A DNA stretch of 64,000 nt from Macrostomum lignano (taxonomy: Eukaryota), in the NCBI GenBank assembly GCA_002269645.1, contig NIVC01000517.1, positions 151,043-215,042 on the forward strand, written 5' to 3'. Each line of letters begins with the position of its first letter. The stretch's first letter is position 1. Position numbers and translations under genes: made by a program. The notes under the pieces are model-generated. The model was not told where the DNA came from, did not search any database, and saw nothing but the letters and a program-made list of their open reading frames with translations. Positions 24,393 through 35,400 of the stretch are shown here, piece by piece.

Positions 24393-25798
24393 AGTTTGGT
24401 TTGGCATTATAGAACTTTTTTGACTAGTTGCAAACCAATTGTAGTAGCTACCTGGCAAATAATAGTCTGGTGTCAGCTTGGCATTGTTTGCTATGCTGTT
24501 AAACACCTAATAAGGTTATTAGATATAATTTAGAATCACTTAAAACTGTATATTCAAGTCTTACATTCAGAACTGAAAACATAATTCATTTTACACTTAT
24601 TTAATTATAGCCTAGGTCTGAGAGCATTGCTTGCTGAAAGCTAGTGCTTCTTATGTCTGCTGCTGTTGCTCAGCCAAAGCAAAAGCTTTAGTGATTTGCT
24701 GTTTCTTCTAGAATCTCAACACACAAATCTTTGTATATGCACACTGCTTTGCTACCTGTTCTTACCTGCTCTTGGTCTGCCATTTGTCATTGAACTTTGC
24801 TGCAAACTTTTTCTTTTTCTCTATACTCATAAATATGGCTATCCTGCTACTTCTAGTTATTTTCTACATTAGTTTTTGACCTCATCATCATCATTAATAT
24901 TTGTTTGTGGCTCTAAGTGTGAATTTAGAATTGATAAATATTAAAGAGATTTTTTATATGCCTAACTTTTTTTAGCTAGAATATTGCAACAATGTCTATT
25001 TTACAACTATGATAACACTAGCGCATATAAGAACCATAACTTTGGGGTCACTACACTTTTCATAGTAGATTTATTATAGATACACAGAACTGCTAGGAGC
25101 TTATGGCTTTGCAATCTAAATTTTTAACACTATGTCACTATTTTTAAATGGGTTTTTAGTTACTTAAAAGCTTCTCAATAAATTTGTATAAAAAGATGTT
25201 TCATTAAAGTACTAGGGTCATTATATGCAGATATTGCCCTACAAATATGTTTGTAAATCTAAAAGGCTATGAAATGACTAGTAGATTAATAGTACCATAA
25301 AATATATTATTAAAGCTATATTAACATAGTCAAGTTAACCTGAGTCATATTAATTTAGTATGCAACATGATATATATACTATATTATTTTACTAATTGCT
25401 AGTGAGTATGAGAGTATAAGAGAGTAAGTGTAAGAGTAAGTTTCTGGCTTTAAAGCAGCTAGCAGCTACTATCTATAGCCTAAGCTATAAATGCAAATGC
25501 AAATTCATGCTTGTAAATATGTAAAAAACATGAAATTGAATGTGTATCAATGATTAATAATTTACTTATAGGAGCCAAAATTGTGGAGCTGCTTTCTATG
25601 AATATGTGCAAAATGCCTCTAGCCAATTGCACATACTATAAATATATATCATTTGTATTAGCTATCTCATTTCTCTTAAACTAGACATCATTTACTTTAG
25701 TTAACAATTATTCTCCCAATAGACATGATTGATAGACAGCCTAAATATTTCTCAAATAACCATTGCAAGCAAATATTATTGATGTTTTGACTTATGTT

Positions 25799-26159
25799 TT
25801 TCTTTATTAGAGGCAGGGGGTTGTGTGCACCCTGGCGCACTTTAAGCGACATAGGCACACAACCGGCAAGAGGCATTACTGCCCATTCCGCCGACTCCCC
25901 TGAGCAGGCATACAAGCGCGCGGATACGTACGCAGGCACACACTCACATAGGAGTGTACAGCGGCCCTAACTTTATATTATCGTTAGGCATGTACACTTC
26001 ATTGCACCTTGGGGGGTTGGCTCTCAAGGCCGTTAATTGCATGAGCAGAGCCAAGCCAAGATTCCAATTCAGCCCCAAATTAATGTGACTGCACTTGGAA
26101 TCGAGCCTGGGTCGCTGGCATACCAGAGCAGCTGTGCTACCACTGGGCTACGGCCCCCC
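25799..26159 (-). mobile_element. tRNA-derived SINE, copy B
   Basis: Minus-strand head GGGGGCCGTAGCCCAGTGGTAGCACAG...GGCTCGATTCC (A and B boxes), A-rich tail, 14-bp TSD TTTTGACTTATGTT at 25785-25798 and 26160-26173. Confidence 0.88.
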
Positions 26160-27994
26160 TTTTGACTTATGTTGGAATGATTCTATTATTTAGAAAATGG
26201 TTTGCAAATATCATTTTCTTGCAATTCTATACCTATTTGACCCTATGGTAAAGCAACATAGGATATGAGCTATATGCATTACAAAAACTAGACATTGTGC
26301 TGAGTTAGAATTCCAGTCAAAATTTCAATACCATTGAGAAGGCACTCATAGTTTTTTTATAGAAAATTTCTTACTGTGTAGCTATGGTCTCCAAAACCAA
26401 TCTGAGCTAGCTAGTTATTGGTGCTAATTTGATGGTCATAGAATGCTTGTATTTAAATGTCTAGTTCTTCAAATAGTTGATTAGTCATACCAAATAAGTG
26501 CAGCACTATTAGTGGTATCTAATCTTGGTAGAGGAAGCCACATAGTTTTTGAGAGTAGCAGCAAACATGTTGTGCAATTTTTTTCTTATTTAGTGCATTA
26601 GTAACTTAAAGCCTATTGCCAAATATTTCAAATCAATCTTTATATGTTCATTTGGCCTGGATTTAAAAAATGATCTGGTAGTCTTATACCAAGGACATAG
26701 ATATATGGTTCTGCAGCACTAAAATCATAGGATTATATTAGAACTTTTCATGTCAATTGCTGCACAGAATGGAAATCTTTGCAGATAAAAAGGATTTATG
26801 ATCTGCTATAGCTTATAGGAATCAGAAACAGATTTAACAATGGCAAGCAGGAGTAATTAGTGAACTTCCCATCTTTATAATGGGAATGGCTTGCACCTTC
26901 TGCTTTTGGCTGATCTTCAAGAAGTTGCCTCTGCTATCAATGTCAACTATTATCAATGTGCCATCATCTATAGTCACTTGAAAACATGCTATCATTCTGT
27001 CAATCAGATTCAAAGGATCAGTGCAGAATATAGTGTTGTACATTTCACTTTTTCCTTTGATATTATCCATGTCCAGATAAAGTCAATTCAAACAAATCAT
27101 TCAGAGCAGAGTTGATGACACTTAGTTTGATACATAAATGTTGCTCAATGCTTTTGCATCTATTCCATTTAAAAAAATGAAGTGGCCAACTTAGTCTGCC
27201 AATATAGCATTTACTTATAATCAGCTGAATTCCTCTATTTGTATAGTGCAATCACCAAAGCCATCTCCTATTAATATAGGATCATGACCTCTAGTTGCCA
27301 ATTAAAAGCTAGAGTTTGAGCTTATAGAAGCAGCCTTAGCTTTAATCATGTCATGTCACCTTACTAAATATATTCTCTCATTGCTGTTGGCAGCCCTCAC
27401 TAAGGAAAGCAGTCAGGCAAACCTCTACCGACCATTGAGTGGCAGCAGTGGCCAGATGACAATGGGTTGGGCCAGATACCTAATTTTTTAGCAAGTGTAA
27501 GATATGTTGAACATTATCTTCTTAAAAATACTTTATTTGGGAAATGTTTAGTTAATAATGATAATAATAATTATTATTATTGTGCAGCCAACAGCTTAGC
27601 CACAGCTATTTCATAGCCCATTGTGCAGCATGTTAGTTTTTTTGGTTACTAAAATGAAGTAACTTATAGATGCTTGTAAGTAGGTTTATATTGATATGCA
27701 TTGAGCTTTTTGTATAATTGTTTTTTTGCCAGAGCAATTGAGCAATTAATTCTATTATGCTAGGAAGTAGATGCACTGTTTCTACAGTTAATCTTAGCTA
27801 AATATAAATGTTTTAGAGAAAACATTATTTTATTGAAACAGTAGTGTATGCACTTCACTTCTTACTCATTATTTAGATTCCTTTTTTGTTTATCTGTGCT
27901 ACTATCTTTGCTTCCTCTGGTTGTCATTGAAATAGTTGTCCATGCCAGTCACCAGGCATCAGCAAAAGAAAAAAGATGATCAGAAAATTAACAG

Positions 27995-29170
27995 ACTACA
28001 AATATAATATACCAATACAATTTTGTGCAACTATCCGCTCTATTGCATTTCCCATGGCTGAATTTGAATTGTCACGTGATTGGCATTGTTAATCGCATCA
28101 TTTGGATTAGTAGTAGAAAGGTGGCATTTCGATTGTGCGATCCTACTGTGCCAAATGGCTTGTCATGTATGGCTGTTAGCAACTGGCCAAGAAAGGCTGG
28201 GCGCGGAGGCCTGCCTCAATTGCACTCAGGCTGGGTGGCCATTGTGCATCGAGCTAGTTTTCAAGGCTCACAAATTTTAATATCGCCAAGCGATGGCGCG
28301 GTGGTCTATACATTTTCAAAAGTTCATTTCAACAGAGGCAGTCTCAATCTTCGAATTGGTGCCAATGTTACTCAGGCTGATTTGCGTACAGTGACGCGTC
28401 TGTTTGTATGGCATCAGTACCAGCTCAGGTGTCGAGCCGTTGGTAAATCCACAGATAATACTAAGCTAGCTTCATTTGGCAAAAGTGCAGCAGCTAATGC
28501 ACTATTAAAGCTGGATCATAATGGTAACAGTCAGCTGAGCCTGCCCAATAAGCAAATTCTTAGCAAAACAGATGAAACTGAACAAATAATCGACTGCAGT
28601 AAGCGTGAGAAACATTTGGGGACCCTTGGACCTGAATTGTCAGTTAACGAGCTGCTATCCTTAGCCGTGTCATTGCCATCAACTGCTTGCAATATTGGCC
28701 TGTGCTTAGCAAAAGTCGCAAAGCTGATGCCCAGTGTACCAGATTTATTAGTGTGGCTGTCTTGCTCTACCTGCAATCAAGTTCAAACAGTCACCTCCAC
28801 TCTCAGCCGAGATTACAAGCCGCCAAATTGTGTCAAATGTCCGACAGGATTGCCGATGCAAGTTAAAAAACGAATTGCATTGCTACTGTCAAATGTTAGT
28901 CATGATGAGGCGGGCAAATCGCCAGAAAAAGATTCGTCTACTGTAAGCGCAAGCGGAATCCTTGCTCACGCGTTCAATGCTAGCGCAGAGAGATTGCTTG
29001 GCACAGTATTGCACGTTGAACACGCAATAGACTTTTGCCAACATCAGGTGCTTAGACAACTGCAGCACAGTCTGTTGGGTCGACGCGTACTAGTCCAAGT
29101 GACTTATTTTCGCAATGCCAACGGCGCTGTCTGTTTCCAATTGGACAATGGAATCGAGCGGATCTTTTGA
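27995..29170 (+). CDS. POT1: POT1-like telomeric ssDNA-binding protein (OB1 + Zn-binding C-terminal OB); start codon unresolved
   Basis: OB1 aligns by eye with human POT1: VIGIV~VYGVV, RLCDPT~TIVDQT, LSCMAVS~LTCLLFS, LPQLHSGWVAIVHRASFQ~LPIIYKNGDIVRFHRLKIQ, TQADLRTVTRLFVW~TTEDHKMVEALRVW. C-terminus: AKVAKLMP..VWLSCSTCNQVQTV~AKLRSYKP..VKLHCPKCHLLQEV, CVKC~CKQC, NGAVCFQL~NGTDNQICYQI. Confidence 0.78.
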   Translation, partial: TTNIIYQYNFVQLSALLHFPWLNLNCHVIGIVNRIIWISSRKVAFRLCDPTVPNGLSCMAVSNWPRKAGRGGLPQLHSGWVAIVHRASFQGSQILISPSDGAVVYTFSKVHFNRGSLNLRIGANVTQADLRTVTRLFVWHQYQLRCRAVGKSTDNTKLASFGKSAAANALLKLDHNGNSQLSLPNKQILSKTDETEQIIDCSKREKHLGTLGPELSVNELLSLAVSLPSTACNIGLCLAKVAKLMPSVPDLLVWLSCSTCNQVQTVTSTLSRDYKPPNCVKCPTGLPMQVKKRIALLLSNVSHDEAGKSPEKDSSTVSASGILAHAFNASAERLLGTVLHVEHAIDFCQHQVLRQLQHSLLGRRVLVQVTYFRNANGAVCFQLDNGIERIF

Positions 29171-29319
29171 TTGACGGACTTTAGAGATTGTTCCATTGTG
29201 TCGTCTGTTTCCTTGTTTGTTAGCTAGACAAGTGCTTTCTCATTTGATCTGATCATTTTGGCTATCACCCTCCTTAATTCTTAGTTTATGGGTCATCGTC
29301 AACCCCCTCCCCTCAGATT

Positions 29320-30210
29320 CTCAGTTACTAGGCCAGCCTCCCAGATCATTAGTTGCTGGGCCACCAGCCTCCCAGATCCTCAGTTGCTGGGCCACCAGCC
29401 TCCCAGATCCTCAGTTGCTGGGCCAGCCTCCCAAATCATCAGTTGCTGAGCCACCAGCCTCCCAGATCCTCAGTTGCTGAGCAAGCCTCCCAGATCCTCA
29501 GTTGCTGGGCCAGCCTCCCAGATCCTCAGTTGCTGGGCCAGCCTCCCAGATCCTCAGTTGCTGGGCCAGCAGCCTCTCAGATCCTCAGTTGCTGAGCCAT
29601 CAGCCTCCCAGATCCCCAGTTGCTGGGCCACCAGCCTCCCAGATCCTCAGTTGCTGAGCCACCAGCCTCCCAGATCCCCAGTTGCTGGGCCACCAGCCTC
29701 CCAGATCCTCAGTTGCTGGGCCACCAGCCTCCCAGATCCTCAGTTGCTGGGCCAGCCTCCCAAATCATCAGTTGCTGAGCCACCAGCCTCCCAGATCCCC
29801 AGTTGCTGGGCCACCAGCCTCCCAGATCCTCAGTTGCTGGGCCACCAGCCTCCCAGATCCTCAGTTGCTGGGCCAGCCTCCCAAATCATCAGTTGCTGAG
29901 CCACCAGCCTCCCAGATCCTCAGTTGCTGAGCCAGCCTCCCAGATCCTCAGTTGCTGGGCCAGCCTCCCAGATCCTCAGTTGCTGGGCCAGCCTCACATA
30001 TGTCAGTTGCTGAGCCAGCCTCCCAGATCCTCAGTTGCTGGGCCAGCCTCACATATGTCAGTTGCCTGGCCAGCCTCTCAGATCCTCAGTTTCTGGGCCA
30101 GCCTCACAGATGTCAGTTGCTGAGCCAGCAGCCTCCCAGATCCCCAGTTGCTGGGACAGCTTCATAGAGTTTCAGTTGCTGGGCCAGTCTCCCAGATCCT
30201 CAGTTGCCTG
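29320..30210. repeat. 26-30-bp minisatellite (CCA[CCA]GCCTCCCAGATCCTCAGTTGCTGGG)
   Basis: Tandem units; same family at 39865-40075. Confidence 0.93.
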
Positions 30211-30995
30211 GATTATATGGTTAGGCAGTCAGTCGAATCACAGTGTACATGTACTTGTTAATTTTTTTTTGTACAAATAAATGCGTCTCAATGTTTCGCC
30301 TCAAATGCATCCAGTGTCAATATTTACCTTTCCGTTAAGGCTCTTGTTATCTCGCAAGAAATCACTGTCATTTCAAAATATATTACTTATTCTAGACACA
30401 TTTATATTTTTAGTTTCTTGCGTAAACGCAAATAAAATTCCTTTTTAATAAAAAAATGTCACTCTATGATGACTGCTCATATCATACATTTAATGGAAAA
30501 GCATTTTTTTAAATTAAACATAATTTTCATCAGGTATTTGAATTTTGACATCTCTTTTTACTTTGAACTCGGTTTTTATTCATATCTGCAATTGATAATT
30601 GCGTTTTTTAGTTTATTAATCTACGTGCTATCTAGTTCCTCAGTATGGTGCTTTTGTGAGTTTGAATAGCCTATTCGTGTTTAAAATTGATTTTATCTGT
30701 TTACTGTATGCGTCAAATATTTTCAGTCCTATATTCGGATTTAATAAAAATGTGTACTTTTAAAATGACTTTGATTAACTTCTTACTTTTTCTGACGAGT
30801 TTTAATAGAGTAAAAGTAAGTACTATAGTAAACTAAGGACATGTATGATTTTAATAAAAGTTTTTTTGGAATACTGGCATTATTTAATAATTACTTTCAA
30901 GGATACAAAGACTATCAGACTGACCAAATATTCTTATGCATGCTTCCTTAAGCCGAAAGCACTTAAGTTACTCTTACTCGTAGTTCTTCATCAAT

Positions 30996-31529
30996 ATGCC
31001 CAGTCAGCAGCAGCAGCAACAGAGAATCGGTGGCAATGTTAGCAGTGTCGGTCCATGGACTGATGCTGTTCACCTGTTCACCTGGGCTCTCTTGTTAGGC
31101 ACGCAATTCTGGATGACTCTGGTCAGCGGGCCAACTTTATTTCGCAACGTTAATATTGAGACTTTTAAAGAAGTACAGGGTGTACTACTGCCGAAGTACT
31201 TCATGGTGCAGACAATGCTTTACTCGGGTCTGTTGTTAATATTTCTTATTCGTTATCGGGCTATTTTACCGCAATCGTCGGGCGTCAGATATGCTGGCGC
31301 GTTGCTAATGGCAACAGTATTGGCGGCAACTCACCAGTTTGTACTGGGCCCAGCTGTCACCAGAGCTATGAACGCTAAATCGCCAAGTTTTCGTAAACTT
31401 CACGGCTGCAGTATGGCTATTAATATGGCGCAAATGTGCATTAGCGTTGTTTATCTGCGTCTGCTACTGTTGCGCTTCAGTTTGCCAACTGATAATTCAA
31501 ATGCTACTCCTGTGAAAAAATCTAGTTAG
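30996..31529 (+). CDS. TMEM205: Transmembrane protein 205 (DUF4149 family), single exon
   Basis: VHLFTWALLLGTQFWMTLVSGPTLFR...TFKEVQGVLLPKYF and FRKLHGCSMAIN match TMEM205 blocks; four hydrophobic segments. Confidence 0.9.
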   Translation: MPSQQQQQQRIGGNVSSVGPWTDAVHLFTWALLLGTQFWMTLVSGPTLFRNVNIETFKEVQGVLLPKYFMVQTMLYSGLLLIFLIRYRAILPQSSGVRYAGALLMATVLAATHQFVLGPAVTRAMNAKSPSFRKLHGCSMAINMAQMCISVVYLRLLLLRFSLPTDNSNATPVKKSS

Positions 31530-31599
31530 GATTGTTTTCACGAAGGCATAGAAAGTTTAATAATTTCTCTTTGTGAAAATAGGTCCAAGCTTTGCTACT

Positions 31600-31995
31600 A
31601 TTGACTGAAATAGTCCTATTCATTTTCCGTCCCCCTCTCCCCTATATCCGCTATCATTGGCTGAAATGGTCTTAATCATTTTTCATTCCCTCCCCCTCCT
31701 GAGACGTCGCTTTCATAGGCTAAAATAGTTTTACACATTTTCCTCCCCGCTCCTCAAGCTTCGCTCTCATTGGCTGAAATGGTTTTAAACATATTCCTTC
31801 CCCCGCTCCTCAAGCTTCGCTCTCATTGGCTGAAATGGTTTTAAACATATTCCTTCCCCCGCTCCTCAAGCTTCGCTCTCATTGGCTGTAATGGTCTTAC
31901 ACATATTCCTTCCTTCTCTGCCAAAGCTCCACACTCATTGGCTGGAGTTGCCCCAAACTTTCCTTTACTCTCCCGACAATTTTTTATCATTGGAC
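31600..31995. repeat. ~55-bp tandem repeat with ATTGGCTG (reverse CCAAT box) in each unit, upstream of eIF3h
   Basis: CTCATTGGCTG recurs near 31657, 31768, 31825, 31880, 31937 plus degenerate copies. Confidence 0.8.
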
Positions 31996-32425
31996 ATTGG
32001 TTAAAGTGGCCCAGACCGAATCGGGAGTTTTTATTTTGTAAAATAATCCACCTATACTAACTTGATTTGATTGCAAATTTTCTATTTAAAATTATTTTAA
32101 GTCCATTAATAAAAATGTAGCTCGCTACAATGTTCTTCCTTATACAGTGTGCTTTTACTAGTTTTTATTGTATTCTTCCTACCAATTTAAAACAAGTTGA
32201 TCACAATTGAATAAACCTTAATTGTACTTTTTAAAACAAAACAACGTGGGTGCTTGGCCAAGTAATTATTTCCTCTTTTTAATTGTGAGTTTTTTTAACT
32301 TTTATATGCTATTCATATTACTAACATGTAAGCAGGCAGTTGTGGTTATAATCAATATTTTTAATTACTAATGCATGCAATAACATCCCCAAAGTTTTCA
32401 ATCGCTGCAAAGAAAAAGAGGAATA

Positions 32426-35400
32426 ATGTCCTACTCCCATCATCGAAGGCCGTATCAGCACGGTCACGGTTACGGTTACGGTCACGGCCACGGCCACGGT
32501 CACGGAGGCTATGGCGGCGGTGGCAGCCATTCGCAGCAGCCGCAGCCGAGCGCTGCTTCCGTTGCCGCCGCCGCCGCTGCGGCCGCCTCCGCTCCGGCAA
32601 TTGACGACGAGGACGCTAGCAGCGTTCAACAAGTTGTCATGGAAGGCCTTGTAGTGCTGAAAATTGCTAAACACTTTCACGAGGAGCAGATGAGCGGTAA
32701 TAGGATTGTTCAGGTGAGAGTTGTAGTCATTGATGTATGCCGATATGCCGTAAATCTCATCTGTGGCGCTAATTTCTCACCTGCGGCGCTAAATTCTCAC
32801 CTATGGCGCTAATTTCTCACCTTCGGCGCTAGAATCTCACCTGTGGTGCTAAAGTCTTACTTGCGGTGCTCAAATCTCACCTGCGGCGCTAAATTCTTAT
32901 CTATGGCGCTAATTTCTCACTTGCGGCGCTAAATTCTTACCTGTGGCGCTAATTTCTCACCTGCGGCGCTAATTTCTCACCTGCGGCGCTAAATTCTCAC
33001 CTATGGCGCTAAATTCTTAACTATGGCGCTAAAATCACACTTATGGCGCTAAAATCTCACCATTGGCGCTAAAATTTCACCTATGGCGCTAAAACTCACA
33101 TATGGCGCTAAATTCTTAACTATGGCGCTAAAACTCACATATGGCGCTAAATTCTTAACTATGGCGCTAAAACTCACCTATGGCGCTAAATTCTCAACTA
33201 TGGCGCTAAAACTCACCTATAGCGCTAAATTCTCAACTATGGCGCTAGAGTATCATCTGTGGCGCTAAATTCTTAACTATCGCGCTAAAACCCACATATG
33301 GCGCTAAAATCTCACCTGTGGCGCTAAATATACCAGTGGAATAATTGAACTAGACCAAAAATTGGCACACTGTTTAGTTAAATTAATATGCATGATAGTG
33401 TCCTTAAGCGGCCTTTAATTTTATTCCCTAAAATCATGTGCTTCAGTAACTTCAGTAAATCATGAACTGTACAACACCTTTTTGGAAACTTAATGTCCCT
33501 TCTGCCTACTCATAGTAGTCTTCATTAGTAGAAAATCGTATTTAATACAAAAACCGTTTCCATTTGCTCCAGGGACTACTGTTCGGTCTGGTCCAGGACA
33601 CCCGCCTGGAGATCACCAACTGTTTCCCGTTTCCTCGCCAATCCGACGACGAAGAGGCGGCAAATAGCGGCTTTGGCATTGTGCCAGTTGCCGAATTTGA
33701 CGCGGCCAAGTATCAGCTGGATATACAGAAGAATTTTCGCCAGCTCAATGCCGACTATCTGACTGTTGGCTGGTACCAGAGCTCCGCTGGGGCCGAGTTT
33801 CTTACTAAAGAGTTTGTGGAATCGCAGTTCCACTATCAGGTGTGTTTAGTAACTAATTTGGTCATTTTATTAGTAATGTGAGATTTTAGATCGTGTGATT
33901 ATTTAATTCAAGATTTTTAAAGAGCATCATTCTCTAATAGAGATGATCAAAAGTGCATGATTCTCTAATTAGGGATTATTCAAAAGTGCATGAATCTCTA
34001 TTTAGAGATGATCAAAAGTGCATGATTCTCTAATTAGATATGATCAAAAGTGCATGATTCTCTAATTAGAGATGATCAAAAGTGCATGATTCTCTAATTA
34101 GAGATGATCAAAAGTGCATGATTCTCTAATTAGATATGATCAAAAGTGCATGATTCTCTAATTAGATATGATCAAAAGTGCATGATTCTCTAATTAGATA
34201 TGATCAAAAGTGCATGATTCTCTAATTAGAGATGATCAAAAGTGCATGATTCTCTAATTAGGGATTATTCAAAAGTGCATGAATCTCTATTTAGAGATGA
34301 TCAAAAGTGCATGATTCTCTAATTAGGGATTATTCAAAAGTGCATGAATCTCTATTTAGAGATGATCAAAAGTGCATGATTCTCTAATTAGGGATTATTC
34401 AAAAGTGCATGAATCTCTATTTAGAGATGATCAAAAGTGCATGATTCTCTAATTAGATATGATCAAAAGTGCATGAATCTCTATTTAGAGATGATCAAAA
34501 GTGCATGATTCTCTAATTAGATATGATCAAAAGTGCATGATTCTCTAATTAGGGATTATTCAAAAGTGCATGAATCTCTAATTAGAGATGATCAAAAGTG
34601 CATGATTCTCTAATTAGATATGATCAAAAGTGCATGATTCTCTAATTAGAGATGATCAAAAGTGCATGATTCTCTAATTAGAGATGATCAAAAGTGCATG
34701 ATTCTCTAATTAGATATGATCAAAAGTGCATGATTCTCTAATTAGATATGATCAAAAGTGCATGATTCTCTAATTAGAGATGATCAAAAGTGCATGATTC
34801 TCTAATTAGATATGATCAAAAGTGCATGATTCTCTAATTAGATATGATCAAAAGTGCATGATTCTCTAATTAGAGATGATCAAAAGTGCATGATTCTCTA
34901 ATTAGGGATTATTCAAAAGTGCATGAATCTCTATTTAGAGATGATCAAAAGTGCATGATTCTCTAATTAGATATGATCAAAAGTGCATGAATCTCTATTT
35001 AGAGATGATCAAAAGTGCATGATTCTCTAATTAGATATGATCAAAAGTGCATGATTCTCTAATTAGGGATTATTCAAAAGTGCATGAATCTCTAATTAGA
35101 GATGATCAAAAGTGCATGATTCTCTAATTAGAGATGATCAAAAGTGCATGATTCTCTAATTAGAGATGATCAAAAGTGCATGATTCTCTAATTAGATATG
35201 ATCAAAAGTGCATGATTCTCTAATTAGATATGATCAAAAGTGCATGATTCTCTAATTAGAGATGATCAAAAATGCATGATTCTCTAATTAGATATGATCA
35301 AAAGTGCATGATTCTCTAATTAGATATGATCAAAAGTGCATGATTCTCTAATTAGAGATGATCAAAAGTGCATGATTCTCTAATTAGGGATTATTCAAAA

